A DNA stretch of 64,000 nt from an uncultured Methanoregulaceae archaeon (GCA_963841015.1 CAWJAX010000003.1:1-64000); one strand, 5' to 3'; positions 29,136 to 39,909 are shown, numbered from the stretch's first letter. Made by a program: numbers and translations. The notes: generated by a model from the sequence alone, not told the origin.

Positions 29136-29343
29136 GGGAGATAGTCCATCTTCTACCATTGCGATGAAGGCCGCTGTCCCTGATGGGACGCCCCCGCGGC
29201 TGTTTAAGTGACTATACCCTGCTGAAACCTTCCTACCTCGCCGTGCCTCTGAGAGGCCCCTGGGCGGGAGTCCTTCGTGGAACGGACGATTTTCATGGTT
29301 TGGATGTGAACCGGATCGATTCATTTCTGGTTCTCCGGGAGGC
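29136..29343 (+). repeat. Remainder of the interrupted module B
   Basis: gccgctgtccc...gacgccccc...gccgtgcctctgagaggcc...gacgattttcatggtt...gattcat. Confidence 0.75.
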
Positions 29344-29379
29344 AAATCTTCTGTACACAATAGTTTATTTGATGGATAT

Positions 29380-29470
29380 CACCCACGCAGGGCTTTGAGC
29401 AAAGTCTCCGCTCCGCCATTGTTGCAACTCCCTCAATGCGAGAGTCCTGCATAAAGGGTCCGCCACACCA
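29380..29470 (+). repeat. Decayed module C-like repeat
   Basis: ccgccattgttgcaactccctcaatgcga resembles the C-module core. Confidence 0.35.
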
Positions 29471-29591
29471 AAAGATGATGTCTGAAAATCAGAATTTTTT
29501 TTAATTTTGTTTTCGTTCCGATTTTCTCTTTAAAAAAATGTCATCATGAGAATAAAAAAATTCATGGCGAGATTGGTACTACCAAAAAAAA

Positions 29592-30257
29592 TTATTCCAG
29601 CCACCGCGTGACGTCCTCAACGGGGGGGCGGATTGAGGGAGAGAGCATTTCCTGGGGGTAACCGATTGCACACCCCATCAGTTCCCATTTGCCCGGGGTA
29701 ATCCCAAGAATAGCACAGAAATCAGGGTTTTGTGCCATTTCCGATGTAATCGATACCATCTGGAACCCGAGCTCCAATGCCGTTGCCTTCAGCCACATGT
29801 TTTCCATGCAGTGTGCAAGGGACTGCAGCTCTACCGGGGGATATCCTTTGCGTTCCGCGACCACAATATAGTACGGTGCTGTGCCAATGCCGGGCACAAC
29901 TCCCCGTTTTTTTATCAGTGCGAGTCTTTGGGCAAACCCGATTGCCTGTTCCCGCAGCCGCAGGTTGTTTTTCATATCCTCATGAAGGTTTTCTGCAATC
30001 CGGTGGACTTCTGCCATGACGAGCGGAGCGGCCGCATTCATGCTCTGTGATCCTGTCTTCATCACGAAGAACCGGCGGAAATAATCCGCAGAATTTCCTA
30101 CTGCAACTGCTGCAAAAGGAGCAAGAAGCCCGGCATGAATAATACGCCTTATAGCGTCTTTTGGAGGAAATTCCGTCCTGAACATCCGGTACGAGCGGCG
30201 CTCTGCCAGAATCTGGTCGAGAGTTACATTTTTCTGTTCACTACTATCAGTGCACAT
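29592..30257 (-). CDS. Nitroreductase-family protein
   Basis: RRSYRMF, AGLLAP, ENMWLKATALELG, IGYP. Confidence 0.9.
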   Translation of the reverse strand: MCTDSSEQKNVTLDQILAERRSYRMFRTEFPPKDAIRRIIHAGLLAPFAAVAVGNSADYFRRFFVMKTGSQSMNAAAPLVMAEVHRIAENLHEDMKNNLRLREQAIGFAQRLALIKKRGVVPGIGTAPYYIVVAERKGYPPVELQSLAHCMENMWLKATALELGFQMVSITSEMAQNPDFCAILGITPGKWELMGCAIGYPQEMLSPSIRPPVEDVTRWLE

Positions 30258-30339
30258 ACCTGTTCCCGGAACTGTTTTTACCCGTGCCGGTTCTTGAATC
30301 TTGCTACACCGGCAATTTTTTGCTTACGATAGGAAGGAA

Positions 30340-30528
30340 ATGCAAAATACGATTCATGAGAAATGTATGTTCCCTGCTGCTGCGCCCCCGCAACCGATCG
30401 GTAGTGATAAAAACCTGCTTACGTCTTGTGATCCAGACGAAGCCCTGAATCGGGGATCCCCGGTTTAGTTCGATTTTTTATGGTTCGGCAAAAGAATTGA
30501 ATCGAGTCCTGTCTGTTTTACCGGAACC
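30340..30528 (+). repeat. Decayed module B repeat
   Basis: gcgcccccgcaaccgat...gccctgaatcgggga...cgattttttatggtt...gaatcgagtc. Confidence 0.6.
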
Positions 30529-30565
30529 ATAAATTCAAAAAAAAGCGAAAACCAGAATCATCTTC

Positions 30566-31177
30566 TCACATCTTTTCTGCATGGAGCACACCCATAACCC
30601 CGAGCGCTGTATGAACGGGTCTTCGTTCAATCACGAAATCATAGTGACGGCTTATGTAATCGAGAAGTGCCGGGTTCGGTGGCCCGCTGATGGGAGGAAT
30701 ATGGAGCTCCATTTCAATTCGGCGGACACCCGCGAGATCTTCGGGGACTATCTGCCATTCAGCCCCTTCACAATCGCATTTCAGGAAATCACATCCTCCG
30801 GCCATCCTTATGATTGTGTGGAGCGGATATGTTGGTGAAATAACCTCACAATCATCCCAAACGATTTTTTTTGGATTCCCGTCACCAAGCGCTCCCTCAA
30901 TGACCCTCACAGGAACATCATTCAGCTGGATGTTCTGACGGAGAAGGGATGCAGTCACCGGTTCAACCGCGACTATGTACTGAGAACTGCGGGATGCACG
31001 GATGCAGAACGCTCCCACGTTAGCACCGATGTCGATGACCCGGTCATCCGGACGCATATCATCGAACCGGTATTCCGGCACTTCAACAATCTGCCGGAAT
31101 GTCATATCGTCAATGAAAAAGATCACCTGATCTGATGAGGTAAAAAAAGAGGATTTCTTCACAGAGTCACTTCCCAC
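30566..31177 (-). CDS. FkbM-family methyltransferase
   Basis: VIDIGANVG, AVEP, FLKCDCEGAE. Confidence 0.88.
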   Translation of the reverse strand: MGSDSVKKSSFFTSSDQVIFFIDDMTFRQIVEVPEYRFDDMRPDDRVIDIGANVGAFCIRASRSSQYIVAVEPVTASLLRQNIQLNDVPVRVIEGALGDGNPKKIVWDDCEVISPTYPLHTIIRMAGGCDFLKCDCEGAEWQIVPEDLAGVRRIEMELHIPPISGPPNPALLDYISRHYDFVIERRPVHTALGVMGVLHAEKM

Positions 31178-31191
31178 GGTAAAAAAAACAA

Positions 31192-32049
31192 TCAGGCATT
31201 CTTTTTGATAAACGTTCCTTCTTCATATTCCTGGAATGCCTGACGCAGTTCATCTGTCGTGTTCATGACAATGGGACCCCGCCACGCGACCGGTTCATGA
31301 ATCGGTTTTCCGGAAAAGAAGAGGAAGCGAAAACCCCTTCCGGATGATCGGGCCCATATTGACGTGCCATTGCCAAACAGGACCAGATCCCGGTTATTCA
31401 CCGGGTGTCCGTCCTTTTGATCAAATGTCCCTTCCCCCCCAATAACATAGGCAAAAGCGGTATATCCTTCCTTCACCGGATGAGAGAAAACAGTGTTCGG
31501 ATCCAGGGATACGTCAAAATATTCAGGATCAGCTACAATATCCCGCACCGGACCCTTTTCACCCTGAACGTTCCCGCATATCAACCTGATCGTGACACCT
31601 GTGAGCGGAGAGACAGTTGGAATCTGATTATGCGTTATTTCCTGGTATCGCGGATCCATCATCTTAACTGACCGGGGCAGGTTTACCCAGAGCTGGAATC
31701 CTCCCATCTGCTCCTTCACCGGTTTTGGCATTTCCGAATGAACAATACCGGATCCTGCAGTCATCCATTGCACATCGCCGGCATTAACGCTGCCGGCATT
31801 TCCCATGCTGTCTTTGTGCTTCACTAATCCTTTGAGCATATAGGTGACGGTCTCTATGCCACGGTGAGGGTGCGTGGGAAAACCGGCAAGGTAATCTTCC
31901 GGCCGCGGTGCCCTGAAATCATCAAGCATTAAAAAAGGGTCGAACTGCGGGACCTCATAACTGCCAAATGCCCGGTGCAGACGGACCCCGGCCCCTTCGA
32001 CCGTCGGGTATGCCCTGAGAACGCGTTCAACAGCGCGGACCTGTGTCAT
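31192..32049 (-). CDS. Pirin-family protein
   Basis: DPFLMLD, HPHRGIETVT, WMTAGSGIVHSE, QLWVNLP, GPIVMN. Confidence 0.95.
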   Translation of the reverse strand: MTQVRAVERVLRAYPTVEGAGVRLHRAFGSYEVPQFDPFLMLDDFRAPRPEDYLAGFPTHPHRGIETVTYMLKGLVKHKDSMGNAGSVNAGDVQWMTAGSGIVHSEMPKPVKEQMGGFQLWVNLPRSVKMMDPRYQEITHNQIPTVSPLTGVTIRLICGNVQGEKGPVRDIVADPEYFDVSLDPNTVFSHPVKEGYTAFAYVIGGEGTFDQKDGHPVNNRDLVLFGNGTSIWARSSGRGFRFLFFSGKPIHEPVAWRGPIVMNTTDELRQAFQEYEEGTFIKKNA

Positions 32050-32159
32050 AATGAAGAGAACAAAGGAGTTATGGTTCATTAATATATGGATTCATTGAGA
32101 ATAACCCCAAAATCCCAATCATGGTTATCAGGAAACAACTCATTACATTTCCGGTAATC

Positions 32160-33011
32160 ATGGGTTTGAAGGATCAGATGCGGGGTATCATCCCCGACCG
32201 TGCTCTCTGCCACCTTTCTGACCATTTCGATGTCATAGGGGATATTGCCGTTCTCTCCTTGTCCCCTTACCTAGTGGGGCATGAGGGGACCATTGCCCGA
32301 GCAATCATCTCGAAGCGCCGCACTATCAAAACGGTACTCAATAAAATTTCCCGGCTCAATGGGTGCAACCGCACAGCCTGCTATGAGATTCTTTCGGGAA
32401 AAGAAACCTTTACTGTCCACCATGAATATGGGTCTGCGTATGAGCTCGATGTGGGTGCCGTTTTTTTCAATCCCCGGCTCGCAAGCGAACGCAAAAGGGT
32501 TACTGACCAGGTACAGTCCGGTGAATGTGTTCTTATCCCCTTTTGTGGTGTGGGACCCTTCGTGATTCCGGCAGCAGCGAGGGGTGCTCGTATCATTGCC
32601 GTTGAGAAGAATCCGGACGCATACCGCTCGCTTACCAGGAATATTCGGGTGAACGATGTTGAAGACCAGGTCACTGCCCTTCCAGGTGATGCCTTTGATA
32701 TGTTACCTATCCCGGTTTCCCTGTTCGATCGCGCCATCATCCCGACTCCGTATGGGATGGATACGATCTTTGATGTTCTTGCATCGCGGGTAAAACCCGG
32801 GGGGATGATCCATTTCTATACCTTCAAAAACCGCAACCAGGCGGATGCGCTTGTCAGGGAATTTACCAACACGGGGTTTGAAGTGGTTGTACGGCGACGG
32901 TGTGGTAATGTTGCACCGGGCGTAAGCCGCTGGGTATTTGATCTGGTTAAAAAAAACGCAGGACAGGTGCAGGATGTATTCCGGAAATGTAGTGCGAAAG
33001 AATATTATTGA
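32160..33011 (+). CDS. Trm5/TYW2-like (Met-10+) class I SAM methyltransferase
   Basis: FDVIGDIAV, VFFNPRLASER, PFCGVGPF, EKNPDA. Confidence 0.85.
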   Translation: MGLKDQMRGIIPDRALCHLSDHFDVIGDIAVLSLSPYLVGHEGTIARAIISKRRTIKTVLNKISRLNGCNRTACYEILSGKETFTVHHEYGSAYELDVGAVFFNPRLASERKRVTDQVQSGECVLIPFCGVGPFVIPAAARGARIIAVEKNPDAYRSLTRNIRVNDVEDQVTALPGDAFDMLPIPVSLFDRAIIPTPYGMDTIFDVLASRVKPGGMIHFYTFKNRNQADALVREFTNTGFEVVVRRRCGNVAPGVSRWVFDLVKKNAGQVQDVFRKCSAKEYY

Positions 33012-33276
33012 GAAGTAACGGTTACCCGGTTCAAAGAGAGAATGAAGTCCAGACAAACGTCTATCTGATTCAGCTCACTACGCCATTTGAGGAATTGCTG
33101 ACAGTTGCCATAAATGATACCACCAACGCACTCTTTATCACAGGTATCACAGGGTTTCTCTGTCATCAATCTACATTTAGCCGATTATTGATTTAATATT
33201 CATGTGATTTTTCAGGTTATATCATGTAACCGCATGGTTAGCAAAAAAAGTCCTGGTACAGGCCCGCCATTGACCG

Positions 33277-35504
33277 TTAACGTTTCCACCAGCTTCGTAA
33301 GAGGAGAACTCCAATCCCAATCCCTAATACTCCCATGGTGCTGATGACAAGAGGCAGAAAAGAAAATCCAGTATTCGATTCGTCCGGTGCGGTTTTCACT
33401 GGAATATCTGGAATGACTGAAATGTTCGATTCCCATGAATTTATATCCGGAACTCATTTCCGATACCGTTGATGGAGCAGGCATATTATTGGGTAAAGCG
33501 ATGGAGGTCTCATTCCGAATAGTGATGGCAAAAAGGGAGAATTCCGGACTCTCTGCACGATACAGCGCATTACCGTTTTTCCTACCTGTCATGGTGGTAG
33601 GAAGGCATATCCAGGTTCTGTTATTGAGCATGCACAGGCTGACATTTCTCAATGACTCAGGAGGGTCAGGTATTGAAAAAAGAGGCACATCAAATTCTAT
33701 CAGTACCGATGAAATGGCCGAGTAGCGTGCAGGGATGACATCAATGTACTGGTAAACCGGCTTATCCGGCGGTGCAATACCTGATGGTAAAGAGGGAAGT
33801 ATTGTTGCGGTAACAATAATATCAGCAATATCCTGCCCGTGTACAGTGACGTGACTGATTGCGGAATTCCCTCCAACATTCACCGTCTGGCAAGCTGGCG
33901 ATCCCGCGAGCCGAAGCACAGGTGTTAATGATGGCACCGGAAGTTGGTCATCATTACTTCCTGAACCTTCAAATGCGGCTGGTGTCTGACGCATTGATGA
34001 TGTGAGGGTAGGTGCCGGGGATAAAGTGACGGTAGGTGTAGGTAAGAAGGTAAGAGTAGGTGTAGGTAAGAAAGTAAGAGTAGGTGTAGGTGAGGAGGTA
34101 AGGGTAGGGGTTGGCGACGAAGAAATTGTCGGTGTGGGTGAAGGGGTCGGCACCGTAGTTTCCGGGGGTGCGACAACCGTAATGTAATCTGAACGACCCA
34201 GATTACTTGCGACACCGAAATTCAGAACAGTCAGATTCACATTGTATGTCCCGTGTGTTTCGTATACATGAGACGGATTCCGCAAAGCGATCACGCTGGT
34301 ATTAAACCATGTGCCATCGCCAAATGACCAGTTCCAACCGGCGGGAGATCCCCCCCTGGAAGTGTCTGAAAACTGCACGGTAAGCGGTGCAGTACCATTC
34401 TGTGGTGAAGCGGTAAAATTCAGCAGCAACGGGGGAATGCCAATGGCATATTTGAGGTTACCATTCCCTCCGTCACGGTAACTTATCCGTGGAATCCCTT
34501 CACTATTTAGCGCAAGTGATGAATACTCTCCAACATTCACCGCAGTATCAACGGTTTCGGTTGTCCAGATCGAGCCTGTTTTTGTTGCATATTTCAGACG
34601 ACCATTGGTCTCATCGAAATAACTGATATGGGGATTTCCCGAACTGTCGAGTGCTAGTGAGGTGAACTTCCCGGCCCTTCCGGGGGCGTCTACAATCTCT
34701 TTTATCCATGAGCTTCCTTTTTTTGTCGCATACTTCAGATCCCAGTTCGTGAAATCGTAATAACTGATGTGTGGATTTCCCGTATCATCAAGTGCGATCG
34801 ATGTATAATAACCGACATTTCCGGTACTGTCTACGGTCTGATTGGTCCAGTTCCCCCCGCTCTTTACTGCATATTTCAGATCCCCTTTTGTGCCATCATA
34901 ATAACTGATGTGCGGATTACCGCTGCTATCCAGTGCAAGAGATGAGTAGGCACCAACATTCCCCGCATTGTCCACAGTTTCATGGTTCCATATACCCCCG
35001 CTCTTTGCGGTATATTTCAGTTTCGCATTGATAAGATCCTGGTAACAGATCCGCGGATTTCCTGATCCATCGAGCGCAAGTGACGTATATCTCCCGACAC
35101 CTCCGCTATCTACCACTACGGTGCTCCAGCTGGTTCCGGTTTTCATTGCAAAGGACAGATTTCCACGGTTCCCATCGTAGTAACTTATCAGGGGATGGAA
35201 AGATGCATCAAGTTTCAATGAGGAAAACTCCCCCACAGCGTTGGTTGAATCCGCGGTTTCATTGATCCACTGCCCATTATCTCTGGTTGCATATTTCAAA
35301 TGACGGTTCGTCCAGTCCAGATAGACTTATACGGGGGTTTCCCGAATTATCAAGTGCAAGTGATGTATACCATCCTACGTTCCCCGGGCTGTCAACCGTT
35401 TCAGTTGTCCAGTCCAACGCGGTCACCGGGGATACCAGTACCAGGAAAAATATTGTTTTTACTGCAACGATAATAATCGTCGGTACAGGATTTTTAACTC
35501 TCAT
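33277..35504 (-). CDS. Cell-surface protein: beta-propeller repeats, PKD, PT-rich linker, PGF-pre-PGF-like domain, C-terminal TM anchor (frameshifts at ~35324 and ~33433)
   Basis: Signal peptide; seven ~46-aa W..ETVD..G.VG.Y.SLALD..G.P.ISY repeats; WNWSFGDG; FSLFAI; shifted frame ends ...LGIGIGVLLLRSWWKR*. Confidence 0.8.
34005..34150. repeat. 24-bp coding tandem repeat (PTPTLTxx)
   Basis: gtaagagtaggtgtaggtaagaa units, about 5-6 degenerate copies. Confidence 0.8.
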
Positions 35505-35915
35505 GGAGATCTGATTACCCATTACCGGATATCGGGCACGGTGCTTACCCTTGTGTACAAAAAATCTATTCTTCAAAATACTCATTAAGCCACCACCCGG
35601 ATTTGCATAGTCTGGGTGATGCAGGAATCAATCAGGATGTTCTCGCTGATAAATAAGGCCGATTTGGCAGCAGAGCACCTTTATAGCGATTACCCTGATG
35701 TTTTATAAATATTGTTAAAAACATCCGGAGGTATTTTTGTTTTAAAAAGTAACAGCAGGCAACTAACCAGACCTCTTTTGGGAGGATAAGATCTCCTCGT
35801 ATTCCACAATAAATGAATACGCCCTGAAAAGTCTGATTTTTGGAAGGTCAGGGAATGAAAGGTTATAGGGAGAAGGAACCTCGGATTCCTTTTTCGCAAC
35901 GGATAAAAAATTGGG

Positions 35916-36506
35916 TTATACCGGAAAAATCCGGTTGCCATACACCTCGTTGATGACCTGCCCCATACCCATGTAGAGTGCAAGACCGCCCGCTACGAGA
36001 CCAACGAGACCTCCGATGTTCAGGATCAGGGTATTTCCGGTAAGTTGTGCGGTCACCAGGAGCAAAACCAGGAGTACTACTGCCAGTAACGTAATCTGCA
36101 GTACCCGGTGCATTTTTAATGTACAGATAAAAAGCCCGGCTGCAAAAATTCCCCATACACTCAGGAAAGCAGCCAGTTCAACCGGCTGGGGTGCTTTTGC
36201 CAGATTGAGAGCCGGGAGCAGCAGTAATGCAGCAAAGGAGATCCAGAAGAAACCAAAGCTGCCAAAGGTGACCATGCCAAACGTATTGTTCTTCTTCCAT
36301 TCCATGATGCCAACGATAACCTGGGCTATCCCCCCATAAAAGATTGCCATCGCAAGGATGGGGCTTCCAAGAGCGGTAAGTCCCGCATTGTGGAGGCTCA
36401 GCAATATTGTTGTCATGCCGAATGCGCACAATCCCAGAGGTGCAGGGTTTGCTGTGTTGTCGTTCAGGAAAAGGTTATTCCTGTTTTTTTCTTCACTGAT
36501 TTCCAT
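35916..36506 (-). CDS. Acetate uptake transporter (GPR1/FUN34/YaaH, SatP family)
   Basis: ANPAPLGL, FYGGIAQ, NTFG...SFGFFW. Confidence 0.95.
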   Translation of the reverse strand: MEISEEKNRNNLFLNDNTANPAPLGLCAFGMTTILLSLHNAGLTALGSPILAMAIFYGGIAQVIVGIMEWKKNNTFGMVTFGSFGFFWISFAALLLLPALNLAKAPQPVELAAFLSVWGIFAAGLFICTLKMHRVLQITLLAVVLLVLLLVTAQLTGNTLILNIGGLVGLVAGGLALYMGMGQVINEVYGNRIFPV

Positions 36507-36575
36507 GATAACCTCATTTGTGTTTTAAAAACTGGTGCAGAAAAACACCCGCACATCCATGAAATGCTGTTCAAT

Positions 36576-36603
36576 CGCACCAACCCGTTAAGGTTGTGGT
36601 GCA
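36576..36603. promoter_or_regulatory. Putative operator GCACCA-N14-TGGTGC
   Basis: Inverted repeat with extra half-sites at 36533 and 36650; same geometry at 51764-51791. Confidence 0.55.
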
Positions 36604-36847
36604 CATTATTAAACAATTTGCATCATATGTGCATGGACCTTCATAAAAATGCACCACAATTGAATAGTAGCCTTACCCCACATGCACCCCAGGAGAAGTT
36701 TCCTTTGTACAAGGAATGATTTTAGAGATTCTGCGGTGAATTACATCGGGTCATGTCTGGTTTGTGAGAACTGTTTTTTAAAAAAAAATCTGCAGAGTAT
36801 TATCAAAAAAAAGAAAAGATCTCGAACTCACCCAAATTTCCGACTCT

Positions 36848-37072
36848 CTAATCCTCAAAGAGTGGCTGGTCTTCACTGTCTTTTTCATAAAAGAACATTT
36901 TATCTATCGGGACTTTGAACAACCCGGAAATCCGGAATGCAAGTTCAAGCGATGGATCATATTTTTCTTTCTCAATAGCAAGGATCGTCTGCCGTGTTAC
37001 CCCAAGCTGGTCAGCAAGTGCTTCCTGGGTGAGGTTGCGCAATGCCCGGTAAACTTTAATCCTGTTTTTCAT
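36848..37072 (-). CDS. XRE-family HTH transcriptional regulator
   Basis: LTQEALADQLGVTRQTILAIEKEKYDPSLELA. Confidence 0.93.
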   Translation of the reverse strand: MKNRIKVYRALRNLTQEALADQLGVTRQTILAIEKEKYDPSLELAFRISGLFKVPIDKMFFYEKDSEDQPLFED

Positions 37073-37284
37073 TTTTGGTGTAATCCGGTTTTATTCAAAG
37101 GGAAATACCAAGCAACATTGGCAGCGAGATTAATAGTCAGCAGGTGATGCCAGATTGAGAACAGGATCAGACAAACGAGGTTAAAGGTAAGGGAGAGGTT
37201 TTTTATCACAAGGGACTCTCTATCTGCACAGTTCATTACCCCTTCCTGCAGTACCGGGAACAGGATGAATACTGACACAATCAT
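37069..37284 (-). CDS. Small membrane protein, possibly degenerate
   Basis: Hydrophobic ORF whose stop overlaps the XRE start. Confidence 0.35.
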   Translation of the reverse strand: MIVSVFILFPVLQEGVMNCADRESLVIKNLSLTFNLVCLILFSIWHHLLTINLAANVAWYFPLNKTGLHQK

Positions 37285-37315
37285 GCTATTTGTCTGCATG
37301 GCAATGTCCCTGGGA

Positions 37316-37630
37316 TCAAAGGGCATACATAACGATGATGGCCATGGTTACCGAAACGATCATCGCTATCCAGAGGCCCGGATGACCGATTGCCATATCC
37401 GCCCTTCGTCTTGTAACAAGAGGATAGGATGTTGCAAGCCCTCCTAATATACAGACGTAGAGGATCAGATCCCTGGTGAGCTGCTCTGTTGGAATGTTGA
37501 GAATATTTTTGAGAGCAATTACGAGGGCAAGAAGGCACGCGCCTGCAGTAAGCACAACCAGTGTCTGATTATCCCGCCATTCGGTGGAATGATCTGAATG
37601 GGTTAGTTTTCCATATTCAATTCGATCCAT
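37316..37630 (-). CDS. Small three-TM membrane protein
   Basis: Three hydrophobic segments; first gene of a probable XRE operon. Confidence 0.6.
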   Translation of the reverse strand: MDRIEYGKLTHSDHSTEWRDNQTLVVLTAGACLLALVIALKNILNIPTEQLTRDLILYVCILGGLATSYPLVTRRRADMAIGHPGLWIAMIVSVTMAIIVMYAL

Positions 37631-37652
37631 AACTGTTCAACTTCTAATACTT

Positions 37653-37674
37653 AATGTAAGTTATATTTTACATT
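37653..37674. promoter_or_regulatory. Putative XRE autoregulatory operator AATGTAA-N8-TTACATT
   Basis: Perfect 7-bp inverted repeat 22 bp upstream of the operon start, spanning an AT-rich TATA-like stretch. Confidence 0.5.
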
Positions 37675-37986
37675 TTAGAATATAAAGTTTACTTTTTGTT
37701 GGATTTATTTTCCTATTGAAATGTGTAAGACAATCAAAAAAATGGTACGATTCCGGCATTATTCCTCTACCGGTTGTCCTATCAGGAGGAATAGCGCATG
37801 ACTGTGAGCATATCCATAAACATATCGAACACCAGGATTTTTTTGCGTTCACTGATCTTACCCGTCAGCATTTTTCTTATCGATGATGCGGAAAGACCCG
37901 TGCAGACATTGTACCAGAGCACCGCACTCAATTCGTTTGGATAGCATGATATCCCAGTAAGAAAAAACTCGTATATCAAGAGGCGT

Positions 37987-39909
37987 ATGGAGCAAAAAAA
38001 CGTACGAGTCGGTCTCATCCAGATGGCAGTTGGTCCGGATCCGAACGAGAATCTCAAAAAAGCATTATCGAAGGTTGAGCTTGCGGCAGAAAAGGGATCA
38101 CAGATAATCTGTCTGCCAGAACTTTTCCGGACGCGTTACTTCCCCCAGGGAATTGGCGTGAATGCTTCACCCCTCGCAGAAACGATTCCCGGAGATTCAA
38201 CCCGGGTATTTTCTGAGATTGCACGCCGGAACAATGTTGTCATTATCGTCCCGATCTTTGAACAGTCATCAGATGGGAGATACTACAACACTGCAGTTGT
38301 CATCGATGCTGACGGGACACTCCATACCTCATATCACAAAGTCCATATCCCGCAGGACCCCGGTTTCTTTGAAAAAGGGTACTTCTATCCCGGGGACGGG
38401 TATCACGTTCATACTACACGGTACGGGCGCATAGCGGTGCTTATCTGCTATGACCAGTGGTTTCCTGAAGCAGCTCGCTGTGTTGCTCTTGAAGGAGCCC
38501 AGATCATTTTTTATCCGACGGCAATCGGGCATCCCACCAGCGAAGAACCTGCAGAAGGTAACTGGCACGAAGCATGGGCACTTATCCAGCGGGGCCATGC
38601 TGTTGCAAACAGTGTCCATGTTGCGGCGATAAACCGGGTTGGCAAGGAAGCGGATATAAAATTTTTCGGGGGTTCGTTTATCTGCGATGCATTTGGCAAG
38701 ATCATCGTGCAGGGTGGAGATACGGAAGAAACGCTGATTGCCACGCTCGACTTATCAATGAACCATGCAGTCAGGGAATCCTGGGGTTTCTTCCGGAACC
38801 GTCGCCCGGACACGTATGGTCTGACCTGCACCCTGTTCCCGGGAAATGATGGGGTATTTCCGGAAATCCGTCCTGGCGATACACCAAGAAACCGGGGGTT
38901 CCATATGCCGGCTGAATGGGAACCCCATGATGCAGTATGGCTCTCGTGGCCGCATAACAAGACTACCTTCCCAAAACTCTCTGCAGTCGAAGAGGCGTTT
39001 TTTGAGTTTGTTACTGCAATTCACCCATCTGAACGGATTGAGCTGTTTATTCCCACTGCAGCTGTGCACCGAAGAGTCAAAACCCGGCTCAGGGAAAGCC
39101 AGATCGATCTTTCATTTGTTAAACTTCATACAACTGAGTTCTCGGATGTCTGGATTCGGGATTATGGCCCTACGTTTGTTATCAACCGTGCATTGAAGCG
39201 GTCTGCGATAGTACGATGGAATTTCAATGCCTGGGGCGGGAAATATGAAGATCAGGTCAGCGATGGCAGGATTCCCACCCTCATGAACCGCTGGTTAGAG
39301 CTTCCCCAGTTCGCTCCTGGCATCGTTCTCGAAGGAGGATCGATTGATGTCAATGGAAGAGGAACGGTGCTGACCACCCGCTCCTGCCTGTTAAATCCGA
39401 ACCGGAACCCTTCGTTATCTTCTGATACAATTGAGGAGTTCTTAAAAGAATATCTCGGGATTGTAAAGGTGATCTGGCTGAATGACGGGATCGTGGGTGA
39501 CGATACGGATGGTCATATTGATGATATTGCACGTTTTGTCGCCCCGGCAACAGTTGTATGTGCGTACGAAAACGATACTGCGGATGCAAATTACCGGGCC
39601 CTGCACGAAAATTATGAAATCCTCAAACAATCAAGCAATCAGGACGGAACACCTCTCACGGTCGTGAAACTCCCAATGCCGTCAAAAATCGCTGATGGGG
39701 ATGAGCGGTACCCGGCAAGCTACACAAATTTCTATATAGGAAATACTGTAGTAATCGTACCGGTTTTTAAAGACCCGAATGATACCGAGGCGTTGCGGAT
39801 TTTGCAGGGTCTTTTCCCCGGCCGCAAGGTAATCGGGATTGATGCCCGTGCAATGGTTGAAGGATTCGGTACGTTCCATTGTGCCACACAGCAGCAGCCA
39901 CGGGTTTAA
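37987..39909 (+). CDS. Fused N-carbamoylputrescine amidase (nitrilase fold) and agmatine deiminase
   Basis: E-K-C triad (LPELF, YHKVHIP, ICYDQW), then MPAEWEPH, WIRDYGP, DTDGHID, FHCATQQQP. Confidence 0.93.
   Translation: MEQKNVRVGLIQMAVGPDPNENLKKALSKVELAAEKGSQIICLPELFRTRYFPQGIGVNASPLAETIPGDSTRVFSEIARRNNVVIIVPIFEQSSDGRYYNTAVVIDADGTLHTSYHKVHIPQDPGFFEKGYFYPGDGYHVHTTRYGRIAVLICYDQWFPEAARCVALEGAQIIFYPTAIGHPTSEEPAEGNWHEAWALIQRGHAVANSVHVAAINRVGKEADIKFFGGSFICDAFGKIIVQGGDTEETLIATLDLSMNHAVRESWGFFRNRRPDTYGLTCTLFPGNDGVFPEIRPGDTPRNRGFHMPAEWEPHDAVWLSWPHNKTTFPKLSAVEEAFFEFVTAIHPSERIELFIPTAAVHRRVKTRLRESQIDLSFVKLHTTEFSDVWIRDYGPTFVINRALKRSAIVRWNFNAWGGKYEDQVSDGRIPTLMNRWLELPQFAPGIVLEGGSIDVNGRGTVLTTRSCLLNPNRNPSLSSDTIEEFLKEYLGIVKVIWLNDGIVGDDTDGHIDDIARFVAPATVVCAYENDTADANYRALHENYEILKQSSNQDGTPLTVVKLPMPSKIADGDERYPASYTNFYIGNTVVIVPVFKDPNDTEALRILQGLFPGRKVIGIDARAMVEGFGTFHCATQQQPRV

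Noticed and set aside
34005-35415. Periodic repeats as a CRISPR array
   Set aside because: The repeats are in-frame coding units (24 bp and ~138 bp) with no unique spacers, and no cas genes are in the window.
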